Part shown: in pieces, positions 1 through 8,993 of the stretch
How positions within the stretch are numbered: the stretch's first letter is position 1
Layout of the letters: every line of letters starts with the position of its first letter
NCBI GenBank assembly: GCA_003569145.1
Contig: BGOH01000006.1
Coordinates: forward strand, 19,129 to 83,128
Reading direction: 5' to 3'
DNA from: Clavibacter sp.
GTDB taxonomy: Bacteria; Actinomycetota; Actinomycetes; Nanopelagicales; Nanopelagicaceae
Length of the DNA: 64,000 nt
Program-made: the position numbers and the translations under genes
The notes under the pieces: generated by a model
Databases searched by the model: none
What the model was told of the DNA's origin: nothing
Seen by the model: the letters and a program-made list of their open reading frames with translations, nothing else

Positions 1-2
1 TC

Positions 3-1898
3 TTTAATGAAGTTCTTCCTGAGTCATTCCCATATGTTGATTACGATGTAACTAAGAAAGCACTTGGTTTAATCGTTGACAATTTAGCTGAAGGCTATCC
101 AAAGGTAGTTGTAGCTCAAGTACTAGATGCCTTGAAGGAACTTGGTTTCACCTGGGCAACTAGAGCTGGAGCAACGATTGGAATTGTTGATGTAGTAACT
201 CCAGGAAGAAAGCTTGAAATCCTTGAGGGCTATGAGACAAAGGCCGATAAGGTCCAATCTCAATATGAGAAGGGTCTAATTACTGATGATGAACGTCGTC
301 AGGAGCTAATTGAGATCTGGACTCAGGCAACAAATGAAGTTGCTAAGGAGATGGAAGATAATTTCCCAAGAACAAATCCAGTTTGGATGATGGTCTTCTC
401 TGGAGCCCGCGGAAATATGATGCAGATTCGCCAGATTGCAGGTATGCGCGGACTTGTAGCAAATCCAAAGGGTGAAATTATCCCTCGTCCGATTAAATCT
501 AACTTCCGTGAAGGACTCTCAGTTCTTGAGTACTTCATCTCAACTCACGGTGCTAGAAAAGGACTTGCAGATACTGCTCTTCGCACCGCAGATGCTGGTT
601 ATCTAACTAGACGCCTCTGCGATGTGGCTCAAGATGTGATCATTAGAGAAGAGGATTGCGGAACTGATCGCGGTCTAACTCTAAAGATTGGAAATATCGT
701 TGCAGGAAAACTTACCCGCGATGATTATGTTGAGACTTCAATCTATGGCCGAACCCTTGCAGATGATGTTGTAGTAGATGGCAAGACCATCGTTACATCA
801 GGTGCTGATCTTGGCGATCGCTTAATCAATGAGTTAATTGATGCTGGCGTTAGCGAGATTAAAGTTCGCTCTATTCTTACCTGCGATAGCAAGGTTGGAC
901 AGTGCGCTAAGTGTTATGGCCGCTCAATGGCATCAGGCAAGCTAGTTGATGTGGGCGAAGCAGTGGGAATCATCGCAGCGCAATCAATTGGTGAACCAGG
1001 AACTCAGTTAACAATGCGTACCTTCCATACTGGAGGAGCGGCAACTGCATCAGGTGATATCACCCATGGTCTGCCTCGCGTAGTTGAGCTCTTTGAAGCG
1101 CGCACTCCAAAGGGCGTTGCTCCAATTGCAGAAACTGCTGGAGTTGTTAGCTTCCTTGAAGATGCTAAGGGTAAGAAGATAATTGTTACCCCAGAAGATG
1201 GTTCAGAGGCTGTTGCTTATCCAATTACTCGTCGTCAGAAACTTCTAGTTGAAGATGGCCAGAAGGTAAGCGTTGGTCAACAGATGGTTGTGGGCGCAAT
1301 TGATCCTAAGCAAGTACTTAAGATCCTAGGAGCAAGATCAACCCAGACCCATCTAGTCCATGAAATTCAAGAGGTTTATCGCACCCAGGGTGTTGGTATT
1401 CACGATAAGCACATTGAAATTGTGGTTAAGCAGATGCTTCGTCGCATCACTGTTCTAGAGCCAGGAGATACTGATCTATTGCCAGGTGAATTAGTTGATC
1501 ACCTAAGGTTCCAATCTGCTAACCGCGAAGCGGTGCAGAAAGGTGGCAAGGCTGCAAATGGTCGCCCAGAACTTATGGGAATTACCAAAGCATCACTTGC
1601 TACTGAATCTTGGCTATCAGCAGCTTCCTTCCAGGAGACAACTCGCGTCCTAACCGATGCAGCCCTTTCTGAAAAGAGTGATCCACTTCTTGGCCTTAAA
1701 GAGAACGTCATCATTGGAAAACTCATCCCAGCAGGAACCGGCCTTGCTCGTTATCGCAACGTTCGAGTCGAACCTACTGAAGAGGCAAAGGCTGCGGTCT
1801 ATGCAGCTTATGAAGAGTATGACTATGCGCCATTTGATACCACAGGATCAGGAGAGGCAGTTCGCCTTGATGATTACCAAGTTGGAGAAAATCGCTAG
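3..1898 (+). CDS. rpoC: DNA-directed RNA polymerase subunit beta' (C-terminal ~630 aa; the 5' end lies outside the window)
   Basis: The frame-3 ORF is open from the window edge. It contains conserved beta' blocks [41 protein letters not shown] and [21 protein letters not shown]. Confidence 0.97.
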   Translation, partial: FNEVLPESFPYVDYDVTKKALGLIVDNLAEGYPKVVVAQVLDALKELGFTWATRAGATIGIVDVVTPGRKLEILEGYETKADKVQSQYEKGLITDDERRQELIEIWTQATNEVAKEMEDNFPRTNPVWMMVFSGARGNMMQIRQIAGMRGLVANPKGEIIPRPIKSNFREGLSVLEYFISTHGARKGLADTALRTADAGYLTRRLCDVAQDVIIREEDCGTDRGLTLKIGNIVAGKLTRDDYVETSIYGRTLADDVVVDGKTIVTSGADLGDRLINELIDAGVSEIKVRSILTCDSKVGQCAKCYGRSMASGKLVDVGEAVGIIAAQSIGEPGTQLTMRTFHTGGAATASGDITHGLPRVVELFEARTPKGVAPIAETAGVVSFLEDAKGKKIIVTPEDGSEAVAYPITRRQKLLVEDGQKVSVGQQMVVGAIDPKQVLKILGARSTQTHLVHEIQEVYRTQGVGIHDKHIEIVVKQMLRRITVLEPGDTDLLPGELVDHLRFQSANREAVQKGGKAANGRPELMGITKASLATESWLSAASFQETTRVLTDAALSEKSDPLLGLKENVIIGKLIPAGTGLARYRNVRVEPTEEAKAAVYAAYEEYDYAPFDTTGSGEAVRLDDYQVGENR

Positions 1899-1917
1899 TT
1901 AATAATTTAAAAATTAT

Positions 1918-1947
1918 CCCCGGCCGTTATGGTCGGGGATTTTTTTT
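1918..1947. terminator. Bidirectional rho-independent terminator between convergent rpoC and the Zn-ADH gene
   Basis: An 8-bp stem pairs CCCCGGCC (1918-1925) with GGTCGGGG (1931-1938), including one G-U pair, around a 5-nt loop. It is followed by T8 (1940-1947) and preceded by an A-run, so it reads as a terminator on both strands. Confidence 0.8.
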
Positions 1948-2929
1948 AAGGTTTTAGAACAATACGAATTGGATTGCCGATTTTTTTCTCAAGTGTTTCT
2001 AGTGCAAGAGCTGCTTGATCAAGTGAGAGAACTTGAGTCACTGAATCAGAGAGCTTTAATTTTCCATCCTTAACCATCTCGACAAGTTCTTGGGTGTGAT
2101 GGCGCTCAGATCCATAATGTCCTAGGAGCTGGGTTCTCATATAGGTAAAGGCCATATCATTTGGAATAGTGATGGCTTCATTAGCGATTCCAATAATTAC
2201 CAATCTGCCCATCTCGCCAAGAAGTGAGAGCCCCTGCTTTCTTACCGATGCCACTCCTGCAAAATCAAAGACAGCGTTTAGGCCCCGATGTTTTTTTAGC
2301 TCTTCATCACTTGGGTCAAAGGCGAAATGGGCCCCTACTTTTAAGGCCTTTTCACGGGCCTCTATCCGAGGGTCAATGGCAATTATTTTGCTACAACCTA
2401 TGATTTTAAGGAGCTGGATTGCGTGAATTCCAAGGCCGCCAATTCCAAATACTGCAGCGCTCTCACCTGCTTGCATCTTTGCAGTTGAGGAGATTGCAGC
2501 CCATGGAGTTGATACTGCATCGGGAATGATGGCAGCTTCTTCAAAGGCAAGTGAGTCAGGAATCTTCACAACTAGCGCTGCCTTAGTAATTACATACTCG
2601 GCATAACCACCATCGTAATCAAAACCTAGTGTTGTAATTTGATTTGCTTCATTGCGCTGGCCAGCGATAACAATTACTCGATCTCCAACTTGGTATCCAA
2701 ATACTTCACTACCGAGTTGATCAATTGTTCCTGCCACCTCATGGCCGATAGTTACTTCATCACCTTTTAGATATCCTGGCGAGAGCGTGCCATCAAGTAA
2801 GTGAACATCAGAGAGACAGACTCCAGCTGCGCCTACTTTTATGCGAACCTCACCAATACCAGGAGTTGGAGTTGGAACTTCCTTAACTTCAAACTTTCTA
2901 GTTGAAATTGTGATCCGTCCAGCTCTCAT
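1946..2929 (-). CDS. Zinc-dependent medium-chain alcohol dehydrogenase/reductase family protein
   Basis: The 327-aa ORF has the MDR motifs GHEVAGTI and GIGGLG (Rossmann). Its start overlaps the stop of the upstream kinase gene (ATGA). Confidence 0.85.
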   Translation of the reverse strand: MRAGRITISTRKFEVKEVPTPTPGIGEVRIKVGAAGVCLSDVHLLDGTLSPGYLKGDEVTIGHEVAGTIDQLGSEVFGYQVGDRVIVIAGQRNEANQITTLGFDYDGGYAEYVITKAALVVKIPDSLAFEEAAIIPDAVSTPWAAISSTAKMQAGESAAVFGIGGLGIHAIQLLKIIGCSKIIAIDPRIEAREKALKVGAHFAFDPSDEELKKHRGLNAVFDFAGVASVRKQGLSLLGEMGRLVIIGIANEAITIPNDMAFTYMRTQLLGHYGSERHHTQELVEMVKDGKLKLSDSVTQVLSLDQAALALETLEKKIGNPIRIVLKP

Positions 2930-3951
2930 GAGATCAATCCTTGCGCACGATTAATCAAAATGTTAACTCCCATGCCGAATCCTTTAAAGGCAGGATTTGT
3001 AGTCTGACCTGCTCTATATCGAGCCCAGATTTGTTGGATGATCACTGTTAATCTAAATAAACCAAAGACTTCATAGAATGTGAAGTCATCACACTTTCTA
3101 TTACTTAGCTCTAGGTATTTTGCAATAAATTCTCTACGAGTAGGCATTGCTTCAAGATGGCTAGGTTGACGGCGAAGTGAGGCAAACATTGGCTCATCAT
3201 CCCTATCGACCCAATAAGCAAGGGCAGAGCCCAAATCCATAAGCGGATCGCCAACTGTTGCTAGCTCCCAATCCAGCACTCCCACTAGCTTTTTCTTGCC
3301 TAAATCAAAGACCATGTTATCTATCCGCCAATCACCATGGATGATGCATGAACCAACATCATCTGGTTTATTAGCATCAAGCCAGGCCATTACATCTTCG
3401 CCATCATAAACATCATCAGTTAGTGCGTTTCGATATCGTCTAGACCATCCCTCAACTTGGCGAGCTACATAGCCTGCTCCCTTATTTAGTTCTGCCAGGA
3501 CAGAGGCATCTACGAAGTGAAGCTTGGCAAGGCCAGAAACTAGAGAGTCAGCCATGATGGAAATATCTTCCTTTGTTAGCGTCTCTGGAACATCTCTTCG
3601 AAATATTTCGCCCTTGACTCTTTCCATTACATAGAAGTCAGAGCCGAGAATTTCATGATCCTCGCAGAGCGCAATTACATTGGGTACTAAATCAAAGACC
3701 GGCTTTAGACGAGATTGAATTAGAAATTCTCGCTTCATATCATGGGCAGAGACTGCTTTTGTTCCAACTGGGGGACGGCGAAGGACTAACTCACGATCAG
3801 GATATTTAAGTAGATAAGTTAGATTTGATGCGCCAGATCTAAATTGAAAAACTTCTGGCAAGTGACTTTGATCTATATATGGCGCAAGCCAGGTGTGAAC
3901 TTTGCCGATATCAAATGCATCTTCATCTCTTACTGGAGTGAGATCACTCAT
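2926..3951 (-). CDS. APH-fold phosphotransferase, resembling the ACAD10/11 N-terminal domain and LvaA (putative hydroxyacyl-CoA kinase)
   Basis: The 341-aa ORF has the kinase catalytic loop [12 protein letters not shown] and [10 protein letters not shown]. The N-terminal stretch [22 protein letters not shown] is typical of the ACAD-associated APH family. ATGA overlaps occur on both sides. Confidence 0.8.
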   Translation of the reverse strand: MSDLTPVRDEDAFDIGKVHTWLAPYIDQSHLPEVFQFRSGASNLTYLLKYPDRELVLRRPPVGTKAVSAHDMKREFLIQSRLKPVFDLVPNVIALCEDHEILGSDFYVMERVKGEIFRRDVPETLTKEDISIMADSLVSGLAKLHFVDASVLAELNKGAGYVARQVEGWSRRYRNALTDDVYDGEDVMAWLDANKPDDVGSCIIHGDWRIDNMVFDLGKKKLVGVLDWELATVGDPLMDLGSALAYWVDRDDEPMFASLRRQPSHLEAMPTRREFIAKYLELSNRKCDDFTFYEVFGLFRLTVIIQQIWARYRAGQTTNPAFKGFGMGVNILINRAQGLIS

Positions 3952-5159
3952 GGCAGATAGGACTTGAGCTCTAACCTTGCAACATCGCGTAGATGCACTT
4001 CATCTGGTCCATCAACAATTCTTAAAGTTCGAACTCCTGCATACATAGCTGCAAGGGGAGTATCTTGGCTAACACCTGCTCCGCCATGGGCTTGAATGGC
4101 ATTATTTATTATCTCCTCTGCCATTCTAGGAACTACTACTTTAATAGCAGCAATTTCTTTGCGCGCAGCTTTAGCCCCTTGATTATCAATGATCCACGCT
4201 GTTTTTAAGACAAGTAGGCGAGCCTGCTCAATATCAATACGCGCCTTTGCAATCCATTCTTGAATAACTCCTTGGCGAGCTAACTCTTTTCCAAAGGGAG
4301 ATCTAGTAAGGCTTCGTTTAATCATTAACTGCAGCGCTCGCTCTGCCATTCCAATAGCTCGCATGCAGTGATGGACCCGGCCAGGTCCAAGGCGAGCTTG
4401 AGCAAGAGCAAAACCTTCACCTTCTTTGCCAAGAAGATTACTTGCCGGGATTCTTACATCTGTAAATGAAACCTCGGCATGGCCATGTTGATCAACATAT
4501 CCAAAGACAGTTAAGTTTCTAACTACTTTTACTCCCGGGGTATCAATTGGAACCAATATCATCGATTGTTGGTGATGATCATCTGCTTCAGGATTAGTTT
4601 TTCCCATCACAATTAAAATCCTGCATCGCTCATCCATAGCGCCAGTGGTCCACCACTTAACGCCATTTATTACATAGTCATCACCATCTCGCTTAATGCT
4701 AGTTCTAATATTTCTTGCATCACTTGATGCAACATCAGGCTCGGTCATGGCAAAGCCAGAGCGAATCTCACCTGCTAATAGCGGCTCAAGCCATTGCTTT
4801 TTCTGCTGCGGTGTTGCAAACATATCTAGTAATTCCATATTTCCAGTATCAGGAGCTGCGCAATTAATTGCCTCTGGAGCGATATCTGGCGACCAACCAG
4901 TTATCTCAGCAAGGGTTGCATAATCTGTAACAGTTAAACCATGGTCAAGATGAGGCAGGAAAAGATTCCATAGCCCCTCAGCTTTTGCTTTACGTTTTAA
5001 CTCTTCAATAACTGGTGGCAACTTATGTGGCGTTGCCGCTTTCATAAATTCTTCGCGCTGGCTGTAATAAGTGGCCTCGGCTGGAAAGACCTGCTGATCC
5101 ATGAAAAGTTGAAGTTTCTCGGCGTATTTGCTGGCCTTGTCAGTGAGGCTAAAGTTCAT
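3948..5159 (-). CDS. Acyl-CoA dehydrogenase family protein (ACAD10/ACAD11/LvaC-like)
   Basis: Motifs are [58 protein letters not shown] and DGPDEVHL. I place the start at MNFSLTDK (5159). The ORF-track start at 5237 would overlap the divergent SDR gene. Confidence 0.85.
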   Translation of the reverse strand: MNFSLTDKASKYAEKLQLFMDQQVFPAEATYYSQREEFMKAATPHKLPPVIEELKRKAKAEGLWNLFLPHLDHGLTVTDYATLAEITGWSPDIAPEAINCAAPDTGNMELLDMFATPQQKKQWLEPLLAGEIRSGFAMTEPDVASSDARNIRTSIKRDGDDYVINGVKWWTTGAMDERCRILIVMGKTNPEADDHHQQSMILVPIDTPGVKVVRNLTVFGYVDQHGHAEVSFTDVRIPASNLLGKEGEGFALAQARLGPGRVHHCMRAIGMAERALQLMIKRSLTRSPFGKELARQGVIQEWIAKARIDIEQARLLVLKTAWIIDNQGAKAARKEIAAIKVVVPRMAEEIINNAIQAHGGAGVSQDTPLAAMYAGVRTLRIVDGPDEVHLRDVARLELKSYLP

Positions 5160-5202
5160 GCCTATACCGTACGCATACTTGCTCGAAATTAGGAGAGGGA
5201 AA

Positions 5203-5964
5203 ATGGGTGTTCTTGATCGCTTTCGCCTTGATGGCAAGGTTGCTGTTGTTACTGGAGCTTCATCAGGTCTTGGAGTTGCCTTCGCTAAAGCACTCGCTGA
5301 GGCTGGAGCGGATCTTGTCTTAGGCGCCAGGCGCGAGGAGAGATTGCCTGAGACTGGAAAGTTAGTAGAAGCTGCGGGCAGAAAATATGCCTATCGAAAA
5401 ACAGATGTCACAAAGCCAGAGGATTGTGATGCGTTAATTGCTCTTGCAATTGAGAAATTTGGCAAAGCAGATATCTTGGTTAATAACGCAGGCGTTGGAA
5501 CTGCAGTGCCAGCAACTAGAGAAACTCCAGAGGCATTTAGAAGTGTTATTGATGTTAATTTGATGGGCGCTTATTGGATGGCTCAAGCATTTGCTAGAGC
5601 AAATAAAGATGGCGGAGTGATAGTAAATATCTCAAGCATTCTTGGAATTAAACCTCAAGGACTTCCGCAAGCTGCCTATGCTTCAAGTAAAGCGGGGCTA
5701 ATTGGATTAACTCGAGATCTGGCAGCGCAATGGACTGGGCGAAAGAAGATTCGCGTAAATGCACTTGCGCCAGGATTTTTCCCATCCGAGATGAGTGATG
5801 AGCTACCAAAAGATATGGTTGAGATGGTAAAGATGTTTACTCCAGCGGCTCGTCTTGGAGAGCCAGAGGAGCTAGCAGCAACTCTAATTTGGTTAGTTAG
5901 CGATGCCTCAAGCTACGTCACTGGAATTACAGTTCCAGTTGATGGCGGCTTAGTAATGCCTTAA
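5203..5964 (+). CDS. Short-chain dehydrogenase/reductase (SDR), divergent from the ACAD operon
   Basis: SDR motifs are [12 protein letters not shown] and YASSK. AGGAGAG precedes the ATG at 5203 ([18 protein letters not shown]). The longer ORF-track start at 5128 has no RBS. Confidence 0.88.
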   Translation: MGVLDRFRLDGKVAVVTGASSGLGVAFAKALAEAGADLVLGARREERLPETGKLVEAAGRKYAYRKTDVTKPEDCDALIALAIEKFGKADILVNNAGVGTAVPATRETPEAFRSVIDVNLMGAYWMAQAFARANKDGGVIVNISSILGIKPQGLPQAAYASSKAGLIGLTRDLAAQWTGRKKIRVNALAPGFFPSEMSDELPKDMVEMVKMFTPAARLGEPEELAATLIWLVSDASSYVTGITVPVDGGLVMP

Positions 5965-5968
5965 GAAA

Positions 5969-6670
5969 TTAGCCGTTAAGTGCGGCATGGAGGGCAACTT
6001 CAACCATATCGTTTAAGGTGCGCTCACGAGCAGCTGAATCCATAGCTTCATGAGTAAAGACATGATCTGAGATAGTCATAATTGCTAGTGCGCGGCGCCC
6101 TTTTCTAGCTGCAATTGAGTAGAGCTGGCTAGCCTCCATCTCAAGTGCTAAAACGCCATGGGCTGCAAGTTTCTTTGCAGAATCTGTTTCATCATAGAAA
6201 AAGTCCATCGATGAAACCCCTCCGACATGGACTCGCTCAAACTTCTTTGATGCTTCATAGGCAGCCATAAGTAATTTGAAATCACAGTGCGGAGCAAAAT
6301 CAAGGCCATTGGTCATGCGTCTATTGATATTGGAATCAGTTGATGCGCTCATAGCAAGGATTAAATCGCCAACTTTAGTTTTATCTTGAATCCCGCCTGC
6401 AGTGCCAATTCGAATCGCGACTTGAACATCATATTCATTAAAGAGCTCAGTGACATAGATTGAGGCAGAGGGAAGTCCCATACCAGTTCCTTGCACTGAA
6501 ATTTTCTCGCCCTTATATGTTCCAGTGAAGCCAAACATATTTCTTACCGAGTTATATTGCTTAACATTTTCTAGATAATTTTCAGCAACCCACTTAGCTC
6601 TTAATGGATCTCCAGGAAGAAGGATTCGCTCGGCGATTTCGCCTTTTTCTGCTCCGATATGTACGCTCAT
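5969..6670 (-). CDS. deoD: Purine nucleoside phosphorylase, DeoD type
   Basis: The 233-aa ORF aligns by eye along its whole length with E. coli DeoD (LPGDPLRAKW, FTGTYKGEKISVQGTGMG.PS.SIY, EMEA). Confidence 0.92.
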   Translation of the reverse strand: MSVHIGAEKGEIAERILLPGDPLRAKWVAENYLENVKQYNSVRNMFGFTGTYKGEKISVQGTGMGLPSASIYVTELFNEYDVQVAIRIGTAGGIQDKTKVGDLILAMSASTDSNINRRMTNGLDFAPHCDFKLLMAAYEASKKFERVHVGGVSSMDFFYDETDSAKKLAAHGVLALEMEASQLYSIAARKGRRALAIMTISDHVFTHEAMDSAARERTLNDMVEVALHAALNG

Positions 6671-6672
6671 AG

Positions 6673-7311
6673 TTAGCCAACTATAACCAGAATTGCAGCA
6701 ATAAAGTGTGAGATGAATGCAGCAGCAGTCATGGCGTGAAATAACTCATGGAAGCCAAACCAGTTGATAGAAAAATTAGGCCACTTAACGGCATAGATAA
6801 TCGCGCCCAGTGAATAGAGAATTCCGCCAAAGGCAATAAGCAGAAGGACTGCAAGCCCGCCATTTCGATAGAAGTCAGGAAGATAAATGAGTGCGGCCCA
6901 ACCAAGTGCTAGATAGATCGGCACATAGAGCCAGCGCGGAGCGTTAAGCCAGAAGACTCTAAATACTCCAGAGAGCAGGGCCCCGCCCCAGACCAGCGAG
7001 AGCAGTATTACCGCTTGGCTCTTATCTAATAGATAGATCGCAAAAGGGGTGTAGGTGCCAGCTATTAGAAATGGAATATTGGCATGATCAATTCTGCGCC
7101 AGATTGCTTTAGCAGAAGGCCCCCAAGGCACGCGGTGATAGATCGCGCTACAAGTAAATAGCGAGACTGCAGTGAGAGTAAATATTGTTAGCGTAACTCT
7201 TCCGCGAAGCTCAGTTGTGATTGTGATTAAAACCAGTCCAGCAACTAGTGCAAGTGGGGACATCACTAAATGAATAATGCCGCGCAGCTTTGGTCTATTT
7301 AACACGTTCAT
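6673..7311 (-). CDS. Hemolysin III / PAQR family membrane protein
   Basis: The 212-aa ORF has seven predicted TM segments. It carries the family signatures YHR..W, RIDHANI and FGFHELFH. Confidence 0.8.
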   Translation of the reverse strand: MNVLNRPKLRGIIHLVMSPLALVAGLVLITITTELRGRVTLTIFTLTAVSLFTCSAIYHRVPWGPSAKAIWRRIDHANIPFLIAGTYTPFAIYLLDKSQAVILLSLVWGGALLSGVFRVFWLNAPRWLYVPIYLALGWAALIYLPDFYRNGGLAVLLLIAFGGILYSLGAIIYAVKWPNFSINWFGFHELFHAMTAAAFISHFIAAILVIVG

Positions 7312-7678
7312 AGATACCCATCATCTTGCGATCAAAGGAGAGCAAAGTTAGATCATTGACAATCGCAGTAGCGATAATGATTGCATCTGAGATTCTAGTT
7401 TTCTGACTAGCTCTAATTTTAGCGGAAAGATTTGCTGCCTCAGAATTAAAGGCGTAGATATCTCCAATCAACTCTTTTATTTTTGACTCGGCCCGAGTGG
7501 CATGAATCGCGCCAAGTGCGTGTGGGCGAATTAGCGCTTCAGTTAAAGTCATAGCGCTAATGGCTAGGCTTGATTTGCTGCTTGCCATAAAGATCTCACG
7601 AGCCTGTTGATAGTGAGCATCACCTTCGCGAAGTGCTGCAATTAAAACTGTGGTATCTAGAAGTATTTGCTGTCCCAC
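7295..7678 (-). CDS. vapC: PIN-domain ribonuclease toxin (VapC family)
   Basis: The 127-aa ORF has acidic PIN residues in LLDTTVLI, TLTEAL and ISDAIIIATA. It overlaps the upstream antitoxin gene by 22 nt and starts with GTG. Confidence 0.8.
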   Translation of the reverse strand: MGQQILLDTTVLIAALREGDAHYQQAREIFMASSKSSLAISAMTLTEALIRPHALGAIHATRAESKIKELIGDIYAFNSEAANLSAKIRASQKTRISDAIIIATAIVNDLTLLSFDRKMMGIYERVK

Positions 7679-7971
7679 TCTTGCCTTTCTTTCTCCAAAT
7701 CAAAGCCCTCATAAATTTCACTCATACTTCCTAAGATTTCATCGAGTGTTTTTAGCCATTCAGAGTCAACTGGAGTAATTACTAGGCGATTTTCTTTACT
7801 AATATGAAATTCAACTTGATCGCCAGGGGTTAAAGACATCTCGCGCAGTACCTCCACAGGAATAGTTATCTGGTTTTTGGAACTTATCCGAGAAGTAGTG
7901 GCCCGCCCGCGCCGGGGGTTCTTAATTGTGGATTTCTTGCCTGCCTTCTTAGCCTTTACTTTGCCTGCCAT
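7657..7971 (-). CDS. vapB: AbrB/MazE/SpoVT-fold antitoxin (VapB) with a Lys/Arg-rich N-terminal tail
   Basis: The 104-aa ORF has a swapped-hairpin motif, QITIPVEVLREMSLTPGDQVEF. Its N-terminus is MAGKVKAKKAGKKSTIKNPRRGR. It sits immediately upstream of a PIN gene. Confidence 0.75.
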   Translation of the reverse strand: MAGKVKAKKAGKKSTIKNPRRGRATTSRISSKNQITIPVEVLREMSLTPGDQVEFHISKENRLVITPVDSEWLKTLDEILGSMSEIYEGFDLEKERQEWDSKYF

Positions 7972-8043
7972 AAGTAAAGGCTAGTGCTATTTTGCTCGGC
8001 GTGTTGCCCCCAAAAATCGGCGTGTTTGGCTCACTTACCCGTT

Positions 8044-8071
8044 TTGACCTGCAGTAGATCTTTCCTATAAC
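8044..8071 (+). promoter_or_regulatory. Candidate sigma-70-type promoter of the str operon
   Basis: TTGACC (8044-8049), a 16-nt spacer and TATAAC (8066-8071) lie about 75 nt upstream of the rpsL GTG. The leader contains a 6-bp hairpin, CCGACC (8104-8109) paired with GGTCGG (8115-8120). Confidence 0.45.
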
Positions 8072-8143
8072 CTCGCGCCCTTGCGCTCAAAGTAGCGACA
8101 CACCCGACCGCGTGGGTCGGATAAGCGAGATGGAGATGAAGTA

Positions 8144-8518
8144 GTGCCAACAATCCAGCAGTTGGTCCGTAAGGGCCGGGTTGATAAGTCAGATAAGACA
8201 ACAACTCCGGGTCTTAAAGGAAGTCCGCAACGTCGTGGCGTCTGCACACGCGTTTACACCACAACGCCAAAGAAGCCGAACTCAGCTTTAAGAAAAGTTG
8301 CACGTGTTCGTCTAACTAGCGGTATGGAAGTAACGGCATACATTCCTGGTGAAGGACATAACTTGCAAGAGCACTCCATTGTTTTAGTTCGTGGTGGTCG
8401 CGTTAAAGATCTTCCTGGTGTTCGTTACAAAGTAGTACGCGGTTCTCTTGATACTCAAGGTGTTAAAGATCGTAAACAATCTCGCTCTCGTTATGGCGCT
8501 AAGAAGGAGAAGAAGTAA
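8144..8518 (+). CDS. rpsL: 30S ribosomal protein S12
   Basis: The 124-aa ORF starts with GTG and reads [12 protein letters not shown]...[10 protein letters not shown]. Confidence 0.98.
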   Translation: MPTIQQLVRKGRVDKSDKTTTPGLKGSPQRRGVCTRVYTTTPKKPNSALRKVARVRLTSGMEVTAYIPGEGHNLQEHSIVLVRGGRVKDLPGVRYKVVRGSLDTQGVKDRKQSRSRYGAKKEKK

Positions 8519-8988
8519 TGCCACGTAAAGGCCCTGCTGCTAAATCTCCAGTTATTGCCGATCCGGTATATAACTCTCCAGTTGTCACCGCACTTATTAA
8601 TAAGTGTTTAGTTCATGGCAAGCGCTCAACTTCAGAGGCTATTGTTTATAAAGCGCTAGAAAATTGCCGCGCCAAGACTGAGGTAGATCCAGTTATTACT
8701 CTTAAGAAAGCTCTAGATAATGTAAAGCCAGCTGTTGAAGTTAGATCACGCCGAGTTGGCGGCGCTACATATCAAGTTCCGGTTGAAGTTAAAGCTGCTC
8801 GCTCTATGACACTTGGCCTTCGTTGGTTAGTTGATAACGCTCGCCTACGTCGTGAAAAATCTATGGCAGAGCGGTTAGCAAATGAAATGATCGATGCCTC
8901 CAATGGCCTCGGCGCTGCAGTTAAAAAGCGTGAAGACACCCACAAGATGGCAGAAGCTAACAAGGCTTTTGCACACTATAGGTGGTAA
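8518..8988 (+). CDS. rpsG: 30S ribosomal protein S7
   Basis: The 156-aa ORF has an S7 signature and sits at the syntenic position after rpsL. Confidence 0.98.
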   Translation: MPRKGPAAKSPVIADPVYNSPVVTALINKCLVHGKRSTSEAIVYKALENCRAKTEVDPVITLKKALDNVKPAVEVRSRRVGGATYQVPVEVKAARSMTLGLRWLVDNARLRREKSMAERLANEMIDASNGLGAAVKKREDTHKMAEANKAFAHYRW

Positions 8989-8993
8989 TTAAT

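Noticed and set aside
5160-5237. N-terminal extension of the ACAD ORF ([26 protein letters not shown]...) and the matching extension of the SDR ORF back to 5128.
   Set aside because: The two extensions overlap each other on opposite strands. Conserved protein starts (MNFSLTDK... and MGVLDRF..., the latter with AGGAGAG) lie inside, so the shorter models are preferred.
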